DNA of 64,000 bases, from NCBI GenBank assembly GCA_963752345.1, contig CAVVYA010000002.1, positions 845,451 to 909,450 of the forward strand. The letters run 5' to 3'. The position numbers and the translations under genes are program-made. Position 1 is the stretch's first letter. Each line of letters starts with the position of its first letter. The notes under the pieces are model-generated. The model had not been told where the DNA came from and searched no databases. It saw nothing but the letters and a program-made list of their open reading frames with translations. This document shows, one piece after another, positions 38,078-48,704 of the stretch. The DNA comes from an uncultured Alphaproteobacteria bacterium (GTDB lineage Bacteria > Pseudomonadota > Alphaproteobacteria > SMXQ01).

Positions 38078-39112
38078 CTATTGCTGCTTCATCGCCTTGA
38101 TCAGACGGTCGACGATCGGTTTCGGCGTCGCGTACATCTTGGTGACGAGATCCTGCACCTCCTCGCCCGTCGCGGTGGAGATGTCGATTTTGGTTTTTTC
38201 GGCGTCGGCCAGAAAGTCCTTGTCCTTCATGGTGGCGTCGAACGCGGCGCGCAGGGCCTTGACGGTCGGCGCCGGCACGCCCGGCGGCAGCAGGAAGGCC
38301 CGACCGATATCCTGCTGGCCGATCATCAACTCGAGCAACTGTTTGTCAGCCGGGTTCTTGACGAAATCCCAGGTCGGCGGCACGCCCATCTTGTCGAGTT
38401 CCGCATCGCGACTCATGCCGTTCTGCACGACGATGTTGGCGCTCTTGTCCTTCAGCCAATGGGGGACCTGGGTTTTCAGGCTCGACCACGCCCAGCCGCA
38501 CAGGCCCTGCACTTCGCCGCGCTCGACCGCGAGCGTGATCTCGCGCGTGCCCTTGTAGCCCTTCACAATGCGGAATTTGGTGCCCAGCACGTCATTGAAC
38601 ACGGCGGGATAGTCGACCGTCGAGCCGCCGTCGGAGCTCGCCGCGAGGATGACCTCGGTCTTCATCGCGTCGGCGAAGCTCTTGACCGGAATGTTGGCGG
38701 CGAAGGCGCAGACCCGCACTTCCTTGTTGGCGGTGCCGAGATACTGGAATTTCGGCGGATCGAACTTCAGCCCGCGCTCCGGCTCGAGCAGCGGTGTCAT
38801 GATCGCGCCGGGGAAGACGATGCCGAACACGGTGCCGTCTTTGGGTGCGGTGTTATAGAGGAAATCGGCCGCCTTGTTGCTGCCGGCGCCCGGCATGTTC
38901 TTCGCTACGATATTCGGCTGACCGGGAATGTGCTTCGGCATGTGACGCGCCAGCGCGCGAGCGTAAATGTCGTAGCCGCCGCCCACGTCGCCGCCGATCA
39001 CCAAATCGATGCTGCGGCCTTTGTACAGGCTCTCCACGCTCGACTGAGCTTGGGCGCTGGTGACGAAGGCCACCGATAGGGCGACGATCCATAGCCCCGC
39101 GATCTTGATCAT
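38078..39112 (-). CDS. Bug/TctC-family TTT substrate-binding protein
   Basis: Signal peptide. LYKGRSIDLVIG...GGGYDIYAR...IVAKNMPGAGS...VKGYKGTREITLAVERGEVQG. Confidence 0.9.
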   Translation of the reverse strand: MIKIAGLWIVALSVAFVTSAQAQSSVESLYKGRSIDLVIGGDVGGGYDIYARALARHMPKHIPGQPNIVAKNMPGAGSNKAADFLYNTAPKDGTVFGIVFPGAIMTPLLEPERGLKFDPPKFQYLGTANKEVRVCAFAANIPVKSFADAMKTEVILAASSDGGSTVDYPAVFNDVLGTKFRIVKGYKGTREITLAVERGEVQGLCGWAWSSLKTQVPHWLKDKSANIVVQNGMSRDAELDKMGVPPTWDFVKNPADKQLLELMIGQQDIGRAFLLPPGVPAPTVKALRAAFDATMKDKDFLADAEKTKIDISTATGEEVQDLVTKMYATPKPIVDRLIKAMKQQ

Positions 39113-39405
39113 TGCGTTCTCCTCCCTGACGAAGCGGCCCTGCGCCTTGCGCCGGTCCAGCCGCCCCTGTTCTTGTTGCGGCTTATCATAATTGTGCTTC
39201 GGAACAAAGAGATAGAGGTTTTAACTCGACATTAAGGTGTAGCCGTATATCTTTAGTCGTAGGCTATTTCGTTTGTGATAGCCAGCCGAGGCCGGACAAT
39301 TATGGCTTGCTGGACGGAGACGGCGCGCGGCCCGTCCGAGCCAAGCGGAAAAACGCCGCGCCGGCGTGACCCGCGCGGCGTCTTCCCAACGCTCGCTTCA
39401 AAGCA

Positions 39406-40470
39406 TCATTTGCCGGCTGGCGCGGTGATCGCAGCCGTCAGTTTGTCAGCCAATGCCTGCGGCGTCGATACGATGCGTTTGACGACGGCATCCACGGATT
39501 CGCCGGATGACACGTCGATTTCCAGCTTGGTCTTCTCCGCGTCGGCGCGGAATTCCGGATCCTTCGCCATGGCCATGAACGCGCTGCGCATCGCGGCCAC
39601 GCGATCCTTGGGAATTTCCGGCGGCGCGACCACCGGCCGCGCCACGGCCTTCTGCGCCAGGAACAGTTCCATGACCTTGCGGTCGTCGGCGTTCTTGACG
39701 AAGTCGAGCGCCAGCGGCACATCGGGCAGATCCGGCTCCTTCTGCAGCGCGCCTTGCATCAGGATGCGGATTTTCTTTTCGGTGAGAAATTCCGGCCGCC
39801 GGGTTTTCACGTTGGACCACGACCAGTCGCCCAGCCCGTGCACCTCGCCGCGCTCCATGGCGAGCAGCACTTCGGACGTGCCCGGATAACCGCCGACGAT
39901 ACGGAATTTGGTCCCGATCAGCGCGTTGTAGAGCCGCGGTGTGGTTTCGGTGTCGATCGTCGGACCGGTTCCGCCGACGATGGTTTCGTGGGCGAACAAG
40001 TCCTCGATCGTCTTGATCGGCGAGTCGTGCCACACGACCGTAACGGCGGTTTCGGATGCCAGGTTGCCGATCCAGTTGAATTTCTCGACGTCGAACCGCA
40101 CGCCCTGCGGGCTGGTCAGCTTCGCGGTCAGCATGCCGCGCTGCACCAGGCCCATCACGGTGCCGTCCTTCGCCGCGAGGTTGTAGAGATGATTGGCCGC
40201 CTGCAGGCTGCCGGCGCCCGGCATGTTCTGCACGACGAAGCCGGGATTGCCCGGGATGTGCTTGCCGAGGTGACGCGCGACCAATCGGCCTTGTGCGTCA
40301 TAGCCGCCGCCCGGGCTCGATCCGACAATGACGGTGACCTGTTTGCCTTTGTAGAAATCCGCCACGGACTGAGCCTGGCCGGGCGTGCTCGCCAGACCCA
40401 AAGTTACGGCGCCCAAGGCAGCGCACGTGACCGCCTCCAGGATGTGAGCGGTATGGCGATCTCTGGTCAT
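39406..40470 (-). CDS. Bug/TctC-family TTT substrate-binding protein
   Basis: FYKGKQVTVIVGSSPGGGYD...VVQNMPGAGS...VGGYPGTSEVLLAMERGEVHG. Confidence 0.9.
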   Translation of the reverse strand: MTRDRHTAHILEAVTCAALGAVTLGLASTPGQAQSVADFYKGKQVTVIVGSSPGGGYDAQGRLVARHLGKHIPGNPGFVVQNMPGAGSLQAANHLYNLAAKDGTVMGLVQRGMLTAKLTSPQGVRFDVEKFNWIGNLASETAVTVVWHDSPIKTIEDLFAHETIVGGTGPTIDTETTPRLYNALIGTKFRIVGGYPGTSEVLLAMERGEVHGLGDWSWSNVKTRRPEFLTEKKIRILMQGALQKEPDLPDVPLALDFVKNADDRKVMELFLAQKAVARPVVAPPEIPKDRVAAMRSAFMAMAKDPEFRADAEKTKLEIDVSSGESVDAVVKRIVSTPQALADKLTAAITAPAGK

Positions 40471-40660
40471 CTATCCCTCCCATTCATTATGGCCGCCAAG
40501 CTAACGGTATGCCGGCATCCTGACAAGAAGTCAGAGCGTAACACATTGATATCTATAGAACATGGTCGATCGACCGACATTCATAGTTTATTATCCTTAA
40601 TTCGCGACAATAGCAGGCCCGACGATCTGCCCGGCGGAGTGCAGTCGCAGGGTTCGTTCA

Positions 40661-43600
40661 ATGGCGTCGTGGTTCATGTCGTCGCGTCTCCTCACAGCAA
40701 GCAGCAAAATGTCCAGCATGCAGGCTTTAGAGCCCGATCGGGCGAGCGGGCCCGCTCGCGCCTATCTGATTCCGACGCTTGGCGCCATCATCGCGCTCGC
40801 GGCGATTGTGACGGTTGGCATCAATCTTTGGCTGAGCCGCACGCAGACCATCCACGAATCCGAACGCAACCTGCGCAGCATTGGGCACGCCCTGTCGCAG
40901 CAGACCGCGCGCACGCTCCAGTCGATCGACCTGGCCCTTTTGGGCATTGTGGATACGTTTCGGCATAGCGGCATCGAGCCGCATAGCCGCGACCCGCGGA
41001 TCGGTGAACTTCTGTTCCAGCGCAAGGCCCTGCTGCCCGATCTGCGCACGATCCTGCTGATCGATGCCGGCGGGCGTTTGACCCACAACCTGAATAGTCC
41101 GACCGTGCCATCCGTCACGTATTCGGACCGTGCTTTTTTCTCGCTTCACAGGGACAACCCGGACGTCGGGCTCTATATCGGCACGCCGGTCGTCAGCAAA
41201 CTGACGAATCAGCTTCTCGTTACCGCGACCCGGCGTTTGGAAAAGCCGGACGGCAGCTTCGACGGCCTGATCGCGACATCGATCTTGCCCGAGGTCTTGC
41301 GCAGCTTCTATGGCCAGATGGATCTCGGACCCGATTCCTTCGTCGCGCTTTTCCGTGACGACGGCACTCTCCTCGTGCGTCAGCCCGATGCCGCGGGATC
41401 CATCGGGACTTCGTTCGACAAACTCGTCGATTTCGACAGCATGCCGGTTCACCAGGTGCTCAGCGGACAAAGTCCGATCGACGGCATTCGCCGCATCTTC
41501 CTCAAGGAGCCCGTGCCCGCTTCCCGGTTGTTTCTCCTGGTCGGCTATAGCGAAAAGGCTGCGTTCTCCGAATGGCGACGCACCATGCTTTCCTACTTGG
41601 CCATCATGCCGGTTGTGCTGATCACGCTCGGCGGGCTGAGCTTTCTGTTGTTCCGGCACATCAACCGACGAGAAACCCTCGTCGAAGCACTCCAGGAAAG
41701 CCGGGAACTCTTTCGCCATTTCGCCGAATCGGCGTCCGACCGCTTCTGGGAAACCGACGACCAACATCGATTTACCTGGCATTCGCCCACGGAGGACGGG
41801 GTCAGCCTCGTCGGCAGGGTACGCTGGGACCGCACCCAGGTCGATCTCCAACGAGATGAGAAGTGGCGCGCCCACAAGGCGGACCTGGACGCGCGCCGGC
41901 CTTTCCGCGACTTCCGCTACGCGCGCCGTCAGTCCGACGGCACCATTCGCCACCGCATGGTCAGCGGCGTGCCATTCTACGATAAGAACGGCCGGTTTAA
42001 GGGCTACCGCGGCACGTATAGCGACATCACCGCCCAGGTGCTGGCCGAGGAACAGGCTACGGTAGACCGCAATCGGTTCCTGCGCGCCATGGAGAATCTA
42101 GCCGAAGGCTTCGCCCTCTACGACGCGGACGATCGCCTCGTCATCTGCAACAGCCAATTCCGCGAATTGAACAGCCAGGCTGCCGACAAGCTGACCCACG
42201 GCGCGAAATTCGAGGACTTCCTCCGCGCGTGCCTCGAAAAAGGCATGATCGTCGAGGCACGGGGACGCGAGGAGAAATGGCTCGCCGCGCGGATGGCCGA
42301 ACACCGCGATCCACCGAACGTGTTCGAGGTTCAGCGCGCGGGGCGTTGGTATGAAGTTCGTGAACAGAGCGACCGCAATGGCGGCACCCTATTCTTCATC
42401 CTCGACATCCACGACCAAAAGACCACCGAACTGCAGAACAAGGCGCTCAACGAGCGTGTCCGCCTGCAATTCGAGTGCATGCCTGTCGCTTGCCTTGTCA
42501 TGTCGCCGGAGTTCACGGTGGTCGATTGGAATCCGGCTGCCGAGAAAATGTTCGGTTACAGCCGTGAGGAAATGATCGGACGGTCGCCCTACGAGAGGAT
42601 GATTCCGGAATCGGGGTGCGATTACATGAAGGCGATCGAATGGCGCCTGCTGGCCGGCGAACCGAATATCAGCGGCGTCGGTGAGAGCATCACGAAGGAT
42701 GGCAACACGCTTATCTGCGAGTGGTTCAACACGCCGATCCTCGATGTCGATAAGCGGTGTATCGGCATCCTCAGCATGGCCGTGGACATCACCGAGAAGC
42801 GCAAGTCCGAGGAGAAGCTGCGGCAGGCCCAGCGCATGGAAGCGGTCGGTCAGTTGACAGGCGGCATCGCCCACGATTTCAACAATCTCCTGCAGGTCAT
42901 CTTCGGCAATTCCGAGATCCTGGTCCAGGGATTGAAGGATCACCCCGATCTGGTGCGCTGGGCCGAAATGACCAAGGCGGCGGCGGAACGCGGCGCCAAC
43001 CTCACCCAACGGTTGCTCGCCTTCTCGCGCCAGCAGGTTCTGGCGCCCACGGCGATCGACCTGACGTCGCTCATTGTCGATTTCGTGGAACTTCTCAAGC
43101 TTACGCTGCCGGAGAACATCGAAATTTCCGCCGATCTGGACGATGGAATCGGTTCGCTGATGCTCGATGTCGGCCAGTTGGAAAATGCATTGCTCAATCT
43201 GGCGCTCAATGCCAGGGACGCCATGCCGGGCGGCGGTCGGCTGACCGTCGAGGCCCGCAGCCGCGTCCTGACGCCTAGCGATCGGCAGATCGACGCGCCA
43301 CCCGGAGACTATGTCACGCTGGCGGTGACCGACACCGGCACAGGCATGGCCCCGGAAGTGATGAAGCGCGCGTTCGAACCCTTCTTCACCACCAAAGAAG
43401 TCAACAAAGGCAGCGGACTCGGATTGTCCATGGTCTATGGCTTCGTCGCCCAGTCTGGTGGCCAGGTCAAGATCGACAGCCACCAGGGGATCGGCACAAT
43501 GGTGACCCTATGGTTTCCGCGTGGCGAGATGAAACCACCAGACCGGCAGGAGACCCCTGAGGCCTCCAGCCCGATGCCGACCGGCCATGAAACGATACTG

Positions 43601-43954
43601 GTGGTCGAAGACGACGTGATGGTGCGGTCTTATGTAACCGACCAACTCCGTAGCCTCGGCTATTGCGTGGCGGAGGCCGACAATGGCAGCGCGGCGTTGA
43701 CCCGTCTCGAAGCCCTGGGAGCGGTCGATCTGCTATTCACCGACGTCGTCATGCCGGGCCACATGAGCGGCCGCGAACTCGCTGACGAAGTCGCGCGACG
43801 CTACCCGACGACGAAAATTCTGTTCACCTCCGGCTACACCCAAAAGCTGGAGTCCGATGGAGCCTCCGTCCCGACCGGCGCCAATCTGCTGACCAAGCCA
43901 TATTACCGCCAGGATCTCGCCATCCGCATCCGGGAAATTCTCGACGCGTCCTAA
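40661..43954 (+). CDS. Hybrid sensor histidine kinase: TM - periplasmic Cache-like domain - TM - PAS x3 - HisKA - HATPase_c - REC
   Basis: Two TM segments flank about 270 aa of sensor domain. H-box GGIAHDFNNLL, NLALNARDAMP, DTGTGM, GSGLGL. Receiver ILVVEDDVMV...FTDVVMPG...KP. The start is uncertain (ATGs at 40661, 40676, 40709). Confidence 0.9.
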   Translation: MASWFMSSRLLTASSKMSSMQALEPDRASGPARAYLIPTLGAIIALAAIVTVGINLWLSRTQTIHESERNLRSIGHALSQQTARTLQSIDLALLGIVDTFRHSGIEPHSRDPRIGELLFQRKALLPDLRTILLIDAGGRLTHNLNSPTVPSVTYSDRAFFSLHRDNPDVGLYIGTPVVSKLTNQLLVTATRRLEKPDGSFDGLIATSILPEVLRSFYGQMDLGPDSFVALFRDDGTLLVRQPDAAGSIGTSFDKLVDFDSMPVHQVLSGQSPIDGIRRIFLKEPVPASRLFLLVGYSEKAAFSEWRRTMLSYLAIMPVVLITLGGLSFLLFRHINRRETLVEALQESRELFRHFAESASDRFWETDDQHRFTWHSPTEDGVSLVGRVRWDRTQVDLQRDEKWRAHKADLDARRPFRDFRYARRQSDGTIRHRMVSGVPFYDKNGRFKGYRGTYSDITAQVLAEEQATVDRNRFLRAMENLAEGFALYDADDRLVICNSQFRELNSQAADKLTHGAKFEDFLRACLEKGMIVEARGREEKWLAARMAEHRDPPNVFEVQRAGRWYEVREQSDRNGGTLFFILDIHDQKTTELQNKALNERVRLQFECMPVACLVMSPEFTVVDWNPAAEKMFGYSREEMIGRSPYERMIPESGCDYMKAIEWRLLAGEPNISGVGESITKDGNTLICEWFNTPILDVDKRCIGILSMAVDITEKRKSEEKLRQAQRMEAVGQLTGGIAHDFNNLLQVIFGNSEILVQGLKDHPDLVRWAEMTKAAAERGANLTQRLLAFSRQQVLAPTAIDLTSLIVDFVELLKLTLPENIEISADLDDGIGSLMLDVGQLENALLNLALNARDAMPGGGRLTVEARSRVLTPSDRQIDAPPGDYVTLAVTDTGTGMAPEVMKRAFEPFFTTKEVNKGSGLGLSMVYGFVAQSGGQVKIDSHQGIGTMVTLWFPRGEMKPPDRQETPEASSPMPTGHETILVVEDDVMVRSYVTDQLRSLGYCVAEADNGSAALTRLEALGAVDLLFTDVVMPGHMSGRELADEVARRYPTTKILFTSGYTQKLESDGASVPTGANLLTKPYYRQDLAIRIREILDAS

Positions 43955-44074
43955 CCGACAGGATTTCGCAGCGTCCGCGGCGAAATATGTTACGATTTCC
44001 CCAAGCCGGCTGCCGCGGCATCCTAATCCCGGAACGCCGGGCAAAAAACGTCGTCGTAAGAAGCGGGGAGATTC

Positions 44075-44758
44075 ATGCTCAAGAAAGTGGCCAGGTGGCT
44101 CGACCGGGAGTTCGTCGAGCTATCCTGCGAAGGCAACGGCCATGGCTCGGCCGCGGACGAAGCCCAGGCCATATTCCGTGTCATGTCCAACGAGTTGCAA
44201 CATTTCGGTCTGTCGCTCGATCATGTGATCCGCACCCGCTTGTGGGGTCGTGACCGGGCCAGCCGCGACGCCGGAAGCGACGTGCGCTTCGCAACCTTGT
44301 CCGGCGCGGCGCGTGCGGCCAGTTCCAGCTACATCGCGCCGGAGCGCTTCGACAGCCCCCATGGCCGGGTTGCTCTCGACCTAGTCGCGCTCAAGACAGC
44401 CGCGCCGCCCGACAAGGCCATCCGCGAGAACGATCCGCCGCGCATGCCGATCCGCTACATGACGGTCGGCGACCTGGTGATCCTGTCCGGCATGACCAAT
44501 CAGCAGCCGACACTCGATGCTCAGCTCGCCGATATCATGCCGCGCATCGGCGCCGCTCTCCAGGAGGCGGGCAGCGGCTGGAACAAGGTCGCGCTCATGT
44601 CCGGCTATCTGCACCGCAGCCAGTCGCCTGAGGTGCTCAAGGCCGGCATCGCGAAATGGACAGGCGGCGTGCTTCCCGCCCGCCTCGAGATCGGTTTCGC
44701 GGACGGCTATTCAGCGCCCGACAAGCTGATCGAGATCGAAACCACCGCGACGCGCTAG
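44075..44758 (+). CDS. RidA/YjgF-like protein with two tandem domains
   Basis: Each half carries a RidA-like pattern (VIRTRLWGRD...VALDLVAL and KVALMSGYLH...LIEIETTA). Assignment by eye only. Confidence 0.5.
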   Translation: MLKKVARWLDREFVELSCEGNGHGSAADEAQAIFRVMSNELQHFGLSLDHVIRTRLWGRDRASRDAGSDVRFATLSGAARAASSSYIAPERFDSPHGRVALDLVALKTAAPPDKAIRENDPPRMPIRYMTVGDLVILSGMTNQQPTLDAQLADIMPRIGAALQEAGSGWNKVALMSGYLHRSQSPEVLKAGIAKWTGGVLPARLEIGFADGYSAPDKLIEIETTATR

Positions 44759-44940
44759 GGAGCGTCGCGAAGACTGAAGATGCGTTGAATTGCTCAGCCT
44801 GTTGTCTTGTAGATCACCGACAGAATCTCGCGTGGATTGAGGGAGCAGCGTGCGAAACGCAGCATGAATCGGGATGGCTCTTGCCCGCCCGGCGCATATA
44901 ATTGCCGATGGTTTGTTCGTCGCAATCGAGGGGACCTGGA

Positions 44941-46035
44941 ATGGCAGCGAGTCTGACGATCTTGAGCGGCGCTTGGCTCCTGGCTCTGGCATCCTGGGGC
45001 GCCATGGCCCTCGCAGCGGCGCCGACGTGGGACGAACTGGCCGCGGCGGCTCGGCAGGAAGGCCGGGTGGTCGTCATCGGCCCACCAGATACCGAGGTCC
45101 GCCGCGTGCTGCCCGCGGCCTTCAAGGCACGCTTCGGCGTCGCGCTCGAATTCAGCGGCGGCCGGACCAGCGATCAGGCGGCGCGTCTGCGCTCAGAGCG
45201 CAGCGCCGGCCTTTATACGGCCGATCTCGCCATCGCCGGCGCCCAATCCCTGGCGACCATTTTCCATCGCGAAAAAATGCTGGCGCCGCTGAGGCCCGCG
45301 CTGGTCATGCCCGAGGTGGTGGACGGGACGAAATGGAAGAAGGGCAAACTTTGGTTCATCGATCCGGAGGAGCAATATGCGCTCCGGCTCACGTCTCACG
45401 TGCAGCCGTCCTTCTACATCAACACCGGAGCGATCCCCATCGACGAGTTCCGCTCGGGCCGCGAACTGTTCGACCCGAAGTGGCGCGGCAAGATATCCGC
45501 CGAGGATCCCACGGTGCCTGGCAGCGGCGTCTTCACCGCCACACGGTTCTATCTCGCCTTTGGCGAAGAGGGACTCAAGCGGCTTTACATCGACCAGAAG
45601 CCGGTGATCAGCCGCGACCCGCGGCAATTGACCGATTGGCTGCTGCGCGGCGCCTATCCGATTGCCATCGGCGCCGACGAGGACAAGCTGGATCAGATGC
45701 GCGCCGAGGGGATCCCTGTGGCATCGGTCTACGGCTTGTCGGACCTGCCGGCGACGGTCTCCGCGGGCTTCGGCATGCTCGCCCTGTTCGATCAGGCGCC
45801 GCATCCGGCAGCGGCCAAGCTGTTCGCAAACTGGCTCGCCTCCAAGGAAGGGCTGGAGCTTTGGACCCGCGCACGTCAGGTCTCGCCGGAGCGCAATGAC
45901 ATCGATGAGCGCGCGTACCTGCTCGAACCCGGCATCCCACAGCCCGGCGTGTCGTATCTCGATAGCCATGCGTGGGACTTCATGGAGACGCAGGAAAAAG
46001 TCCGCCTTCATATGAAGGCTCTCTTGGGACGTTGA
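44941..46035 (+). CDS. ABC transporter periplasmic substrate-binding protein (family 1, iron/polyamine-like)
   Basis: GAGGGGA SD before ATG 44941. Signal peptide ...MALAAAP, then VVVIGPPDTE...ADLAIAG...GKISAEDP pattern. No adjacent permease or ATPase genes. Confidence 0.7.
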   Translation: MAASLTILSGAWLLALASWGAMALAAAPTWDELAAAARQEGRVVVIGPPDTEVRRVLPAAFKARFGVALEFSGGRTSDQAARLRSERSAGLYTADLAIAGAQSLATIFHREKMLAPLRPALVMPEVVDGTKWKKGKLWFIDPEEQYALRLTSHVQPSFYINTGAIPIDEFRSGRELFDPKWRGKISAEDPTVPGSGVFTATRFYLAFGEEGLKRLYIDQKPVISRDPRQLTDWLLRGAYPIAIGADEDKLDQMRAEGIPVASVYGLSDLPATVSAGFGMLALFDQAPHPAAAKLFANWLASKEGLELWTRARQVSPERNDIDERAYLLEPGIPQPGVSYLDSHAWDFMETQEKVRLHMKALLGR

Positions 46036-46101
46036 ATTCGTCCATCCAATAAAACCACAGTCTCGACAATCGAGACGACCGTCAGGCGTTAGAGGGGATG
46101 C

Positions 46102-47171
46102 ATGTCCGATAAGAAAAAGATTTTCATTTTCGCGCCGGCCGACGACACCGGCGAATGCCACCGCCAGCTCGAAGCCGCCGGCTGCGAGCTGGTTCTCGGC
46201 GGCGCCTCCTGGCACACGCCCAAGGGCAACAACGAAGCGCAAATGTGCGACCTGGCCAGGGACACGGTGGCCATGATGGGCACCTCGATCCGCTCCAGCC
46301 CGATCACGCGCAAGATCATGGAAAGCGCCGGCCCCAACCTGCGCATCGTCGCCAAATACACGGTCGGCGTCGACGACGTGGACGTCGATGCCGCGACCGA
46401 CATGGGCATCATGGTAACCCACGCGCCGACCGAGTCGAATTTCGGCGGCGTTGCCGAAGGAACCATGACGATGATTCTTGCGCTGCTCAAGAAGGTGCGC
46501 GAGCGCGACGAATATATGAAAGCGGGCGGCTGGCGCAGCGAGGAGCTGCAGGGCACCTATCTCGGCGCCCGCCAGACCGACGGCTATCCCGGCATCACGG
46601 TCGGCATCATCGGGCTCGGGCGCATCGGCAGCCGTGTCGCCGACCTGCTGGCGCCGTGGCGGGTTCGCGTCATCGCCTACGACCCCTACGTCAAGCCGCA
46701 CCAGTTCATCCTGCACAATTGCACGCCGGTCGATCTGCCGACGCTGCTGCGCGAGGCCGACGTCGTCTCCGTGCATGTCACGCTGACCAAGGAGACGCGG
46801 CGTTTCATCGGCGCCAAGGAGTTCGCCCAAATGAAACCCTCGGCCGTGTTCATCAACACGTCGCGCGGTCAGGCGGTGGACGAGGCCGCGTTGGCGCAAG
46901 CCTTGAAGGAAGAAAAAATCACGGCAGCGGCGCTCGACGTGTTCGAGGACGAGCCGTTGCCCAAGGAGTCTCCCTGCTCGGCCTCGGCCACAAGATCCTG
47001 CTGTCGCCGCACATGGTGACATCCAACCTGCGCAGCGGCCTGCATCCCGGCATGATGTGGGCGATGCGTTCGGTGCTCAAGGTGCTCAAGGGCGAAGTGC
47101 CGGACAACGTCTTCAACACCGAGGTCATCCCAGCATGGCAGAAGCGCTTCGGCGGCAAGTCGGTGTCTTGA
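46102..47171 (+). pseudogene. D-isomer-specific 2-hydroxyacid dehydrogenase family protein, one frameshift
   Basis: GIIGLGRIGSRVA NAD motif. FINTSRGQAVDE...LDVFEDEPLPKES, then the frame breaks at the CCC run 46972-46974. One extra C restores ...SPLLGLGHKILLSPHMV. Confidence 0.8.
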
Positions 47172-47180
47172 AGCGCCGCA

Positions 47181-47213
47181 CAAACAAAAAACGGCGGCTC
47201 CATGAGCCGCCGT
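47181..47213 (-). terminator. Rho-independent terminator downstream of cspA
   Basis: acggcggctc (47191-47200) cat gagccgccgt (47204-47213). On the minus strand it is followed by TTTTTGTTTG. Confidence 0.7.
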
Positions 47214-47247
47214 TCGTCGACCGATCGCCCGGTCGAAAACAGGTCTG

Positions 47248-47451
47248 TCAGACGAGCCGCAAATTCACCGCCGCCGTCTTGCCGCGCTCGGTGGCGAGAT
47301 CGTAGCTGACCTTCTGGCCTTCATTGAGAGCCTGGATGCCGGCGCGCTGAACGGCCGTAATATGCACGAACACGTCCTTTGAGCCTTCGTCCGGGGTGAT
47401 GAACCCGAAACCCTTCGTCGGGTTGAACCACTTCACGGTTCCTGTCGCCAT
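47248..47451 (-). CDS. cspA: Cold-shock protein, CspA family
   Basis: [33 protein letters not shown]...DVFVH, 67 aa. About 210-nt untranslated leader upstream. Confidence 0.9.
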   Translation of the reverse strand: MATGTVKWFNPTKGFGFITPDEGSKDVFVHITAVQRAGIQALNEGQKVSYDLATERGKTAAVNLRLV

Positions 47452-47665
47452 AGTCTTCTCCTGGTAGGCATTTCCAACTACCGCGCGTCCGTCACGCGGG
47501 CCGATCAATTAGAGCTAGTCGTGGATGCCTATAGTCGCAGCGGGAAGCAGGCGAGTCAGCAAGCCAGCCGAAGTCAATAATTGACTCGATTATCTTGGCA
47601 TAAATCATAAAACGGGGCGAGTGCAATTCTGCCCCCGGAAACTTCATCAAAGCGCCTGATTTGGC

Positions 47666-48565
47666 TCACAAATTCATCTGCGCGAAGATCGCCTTCAAGA
47701 GCGAACCTTGGGGTTTATTGAACTCGTAGTTGACGGCGAAGTGCTTGAGTCCCTTGAGCGCCAATTCGGTGCACGGATAGCCGCGCCCGCGCCAGGCGGC
47801 GGCGAATTCGCGTGACTGACGCTGGAATTCGGCCAGCTCCCCCGTACCATAACCGACAATCAGCGGCATCGCCCGGCCAGGAATATGGCGGATCGGGCTC
47901 AGCCGTGTCACCGCCGCGTCGTCGAGCGCCACGTAGCTGTTGCGCCACGACAGTTTGACCGGCGCCAGATCGAACATGCCGCTGATCGGCGCGCCGCCTT
48001 TCACCACGTCCGCCGGGAGACCGAATGTCGCGGACCAGTCCGTCACCACCACCATGCCGCAAACATGGCCGCCCGAGGAATGGCCCGAGACGAAGATGCG
48101 GTCGGGATCGCCACCGAAGTCGCGAGCGTGGCGGTAGGCCCAGGCGACCGCGGCGCGCGCTTGGCGCACCTGCTCGTCGAGCGTGACCTTGGGCACGCGC
48201 TCGTAGTTGACCGCGATGAAGGTTGCGCCGCGCGCGACGAAGGCTTCGGCGGGAAAGCTGACGTCGGCTTTGCGGCCGCCCTTCCAGGCGCCGCCGTGAA
48301 AGAAGATCTGGATCGGCGCATTGGCCGCGCTCGCCTTGAAGATATCGAGCTTCTCCGCCTCGCTCGGGCCATACGGCACGTCGATCATGGATTGCGCCGC
48401 CAGCTTGGCGCGGACACGCGCACTTTCCAGTTCCTTGAACCGGCGGTGATGCTCGTGCTCCTCCTTGGTCACCAAGGTCATCTGGTCGTACTGCGCATCG
48501 AGCTCGGCTTGGGTGTAGTTGCCCCACACCTTCGGCTCCGCGCTCACGACTGCCTGGTCCGTCAT
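47666..48565 (-). CDS. Alpha/beta hydrolase (esterase / arylformamidase-like)
   Basis: FFHGGAWKGG oxyanion region and GHSSGGH nucleophile elbow. Start taken at MTDQAV (48565). Confidence 0.8.
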   Translation of the reverse strand: MTDQAVVSAEPKVWGNYTQAELDAQYDQMTLVTKEEHEHHRRFKELESARVRAKLAAQSMIDVPYGPSEAEKLDIFKASAANAPIQIFFHGGAWKGGRKADVSFPAEAFVARGATFIAVNYERVPKVTLDEQVRQARAAVAWAYRHARDFGGDPDRIFVSGHSSGGHVCGMVVVTDWSATFGLPADVVKGGAPISGMFDLAPVKLSWRNSYVALDDAAVTRLSPIRHIPGRAMPLIVGYGTGELAEFQRQSREFAAAWRGRGYPCTELALKGLKHFAVNYEFNKPQGSLLKAIFAQMNL

Positions 48566-48704
48566 CGACGCCTCCCGCCCGTTACGGCGCCACAGTGCCA
48601 TATCCCGGCGGCAAGGTCATGCCCGGTTGTATCCTGTGGGCCCGCCCAGCCGGCAACGGCGCGCGGCTCTGGACAGCCGCCGCGGTCTCCGCTTTGATGA
48701 CGCC

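Noticed and set aside
45193-47022. 609-aa minus-strand ORF
   Set aside because: It is antisense to two well-supported plus-strand genes (ABC receptor, 2-hydroxyacid dehydrogenase). The sequence is Arg/Gly/Asp-rich low complexity with no motifs, a typical shadow ORF of high-GC DNA.
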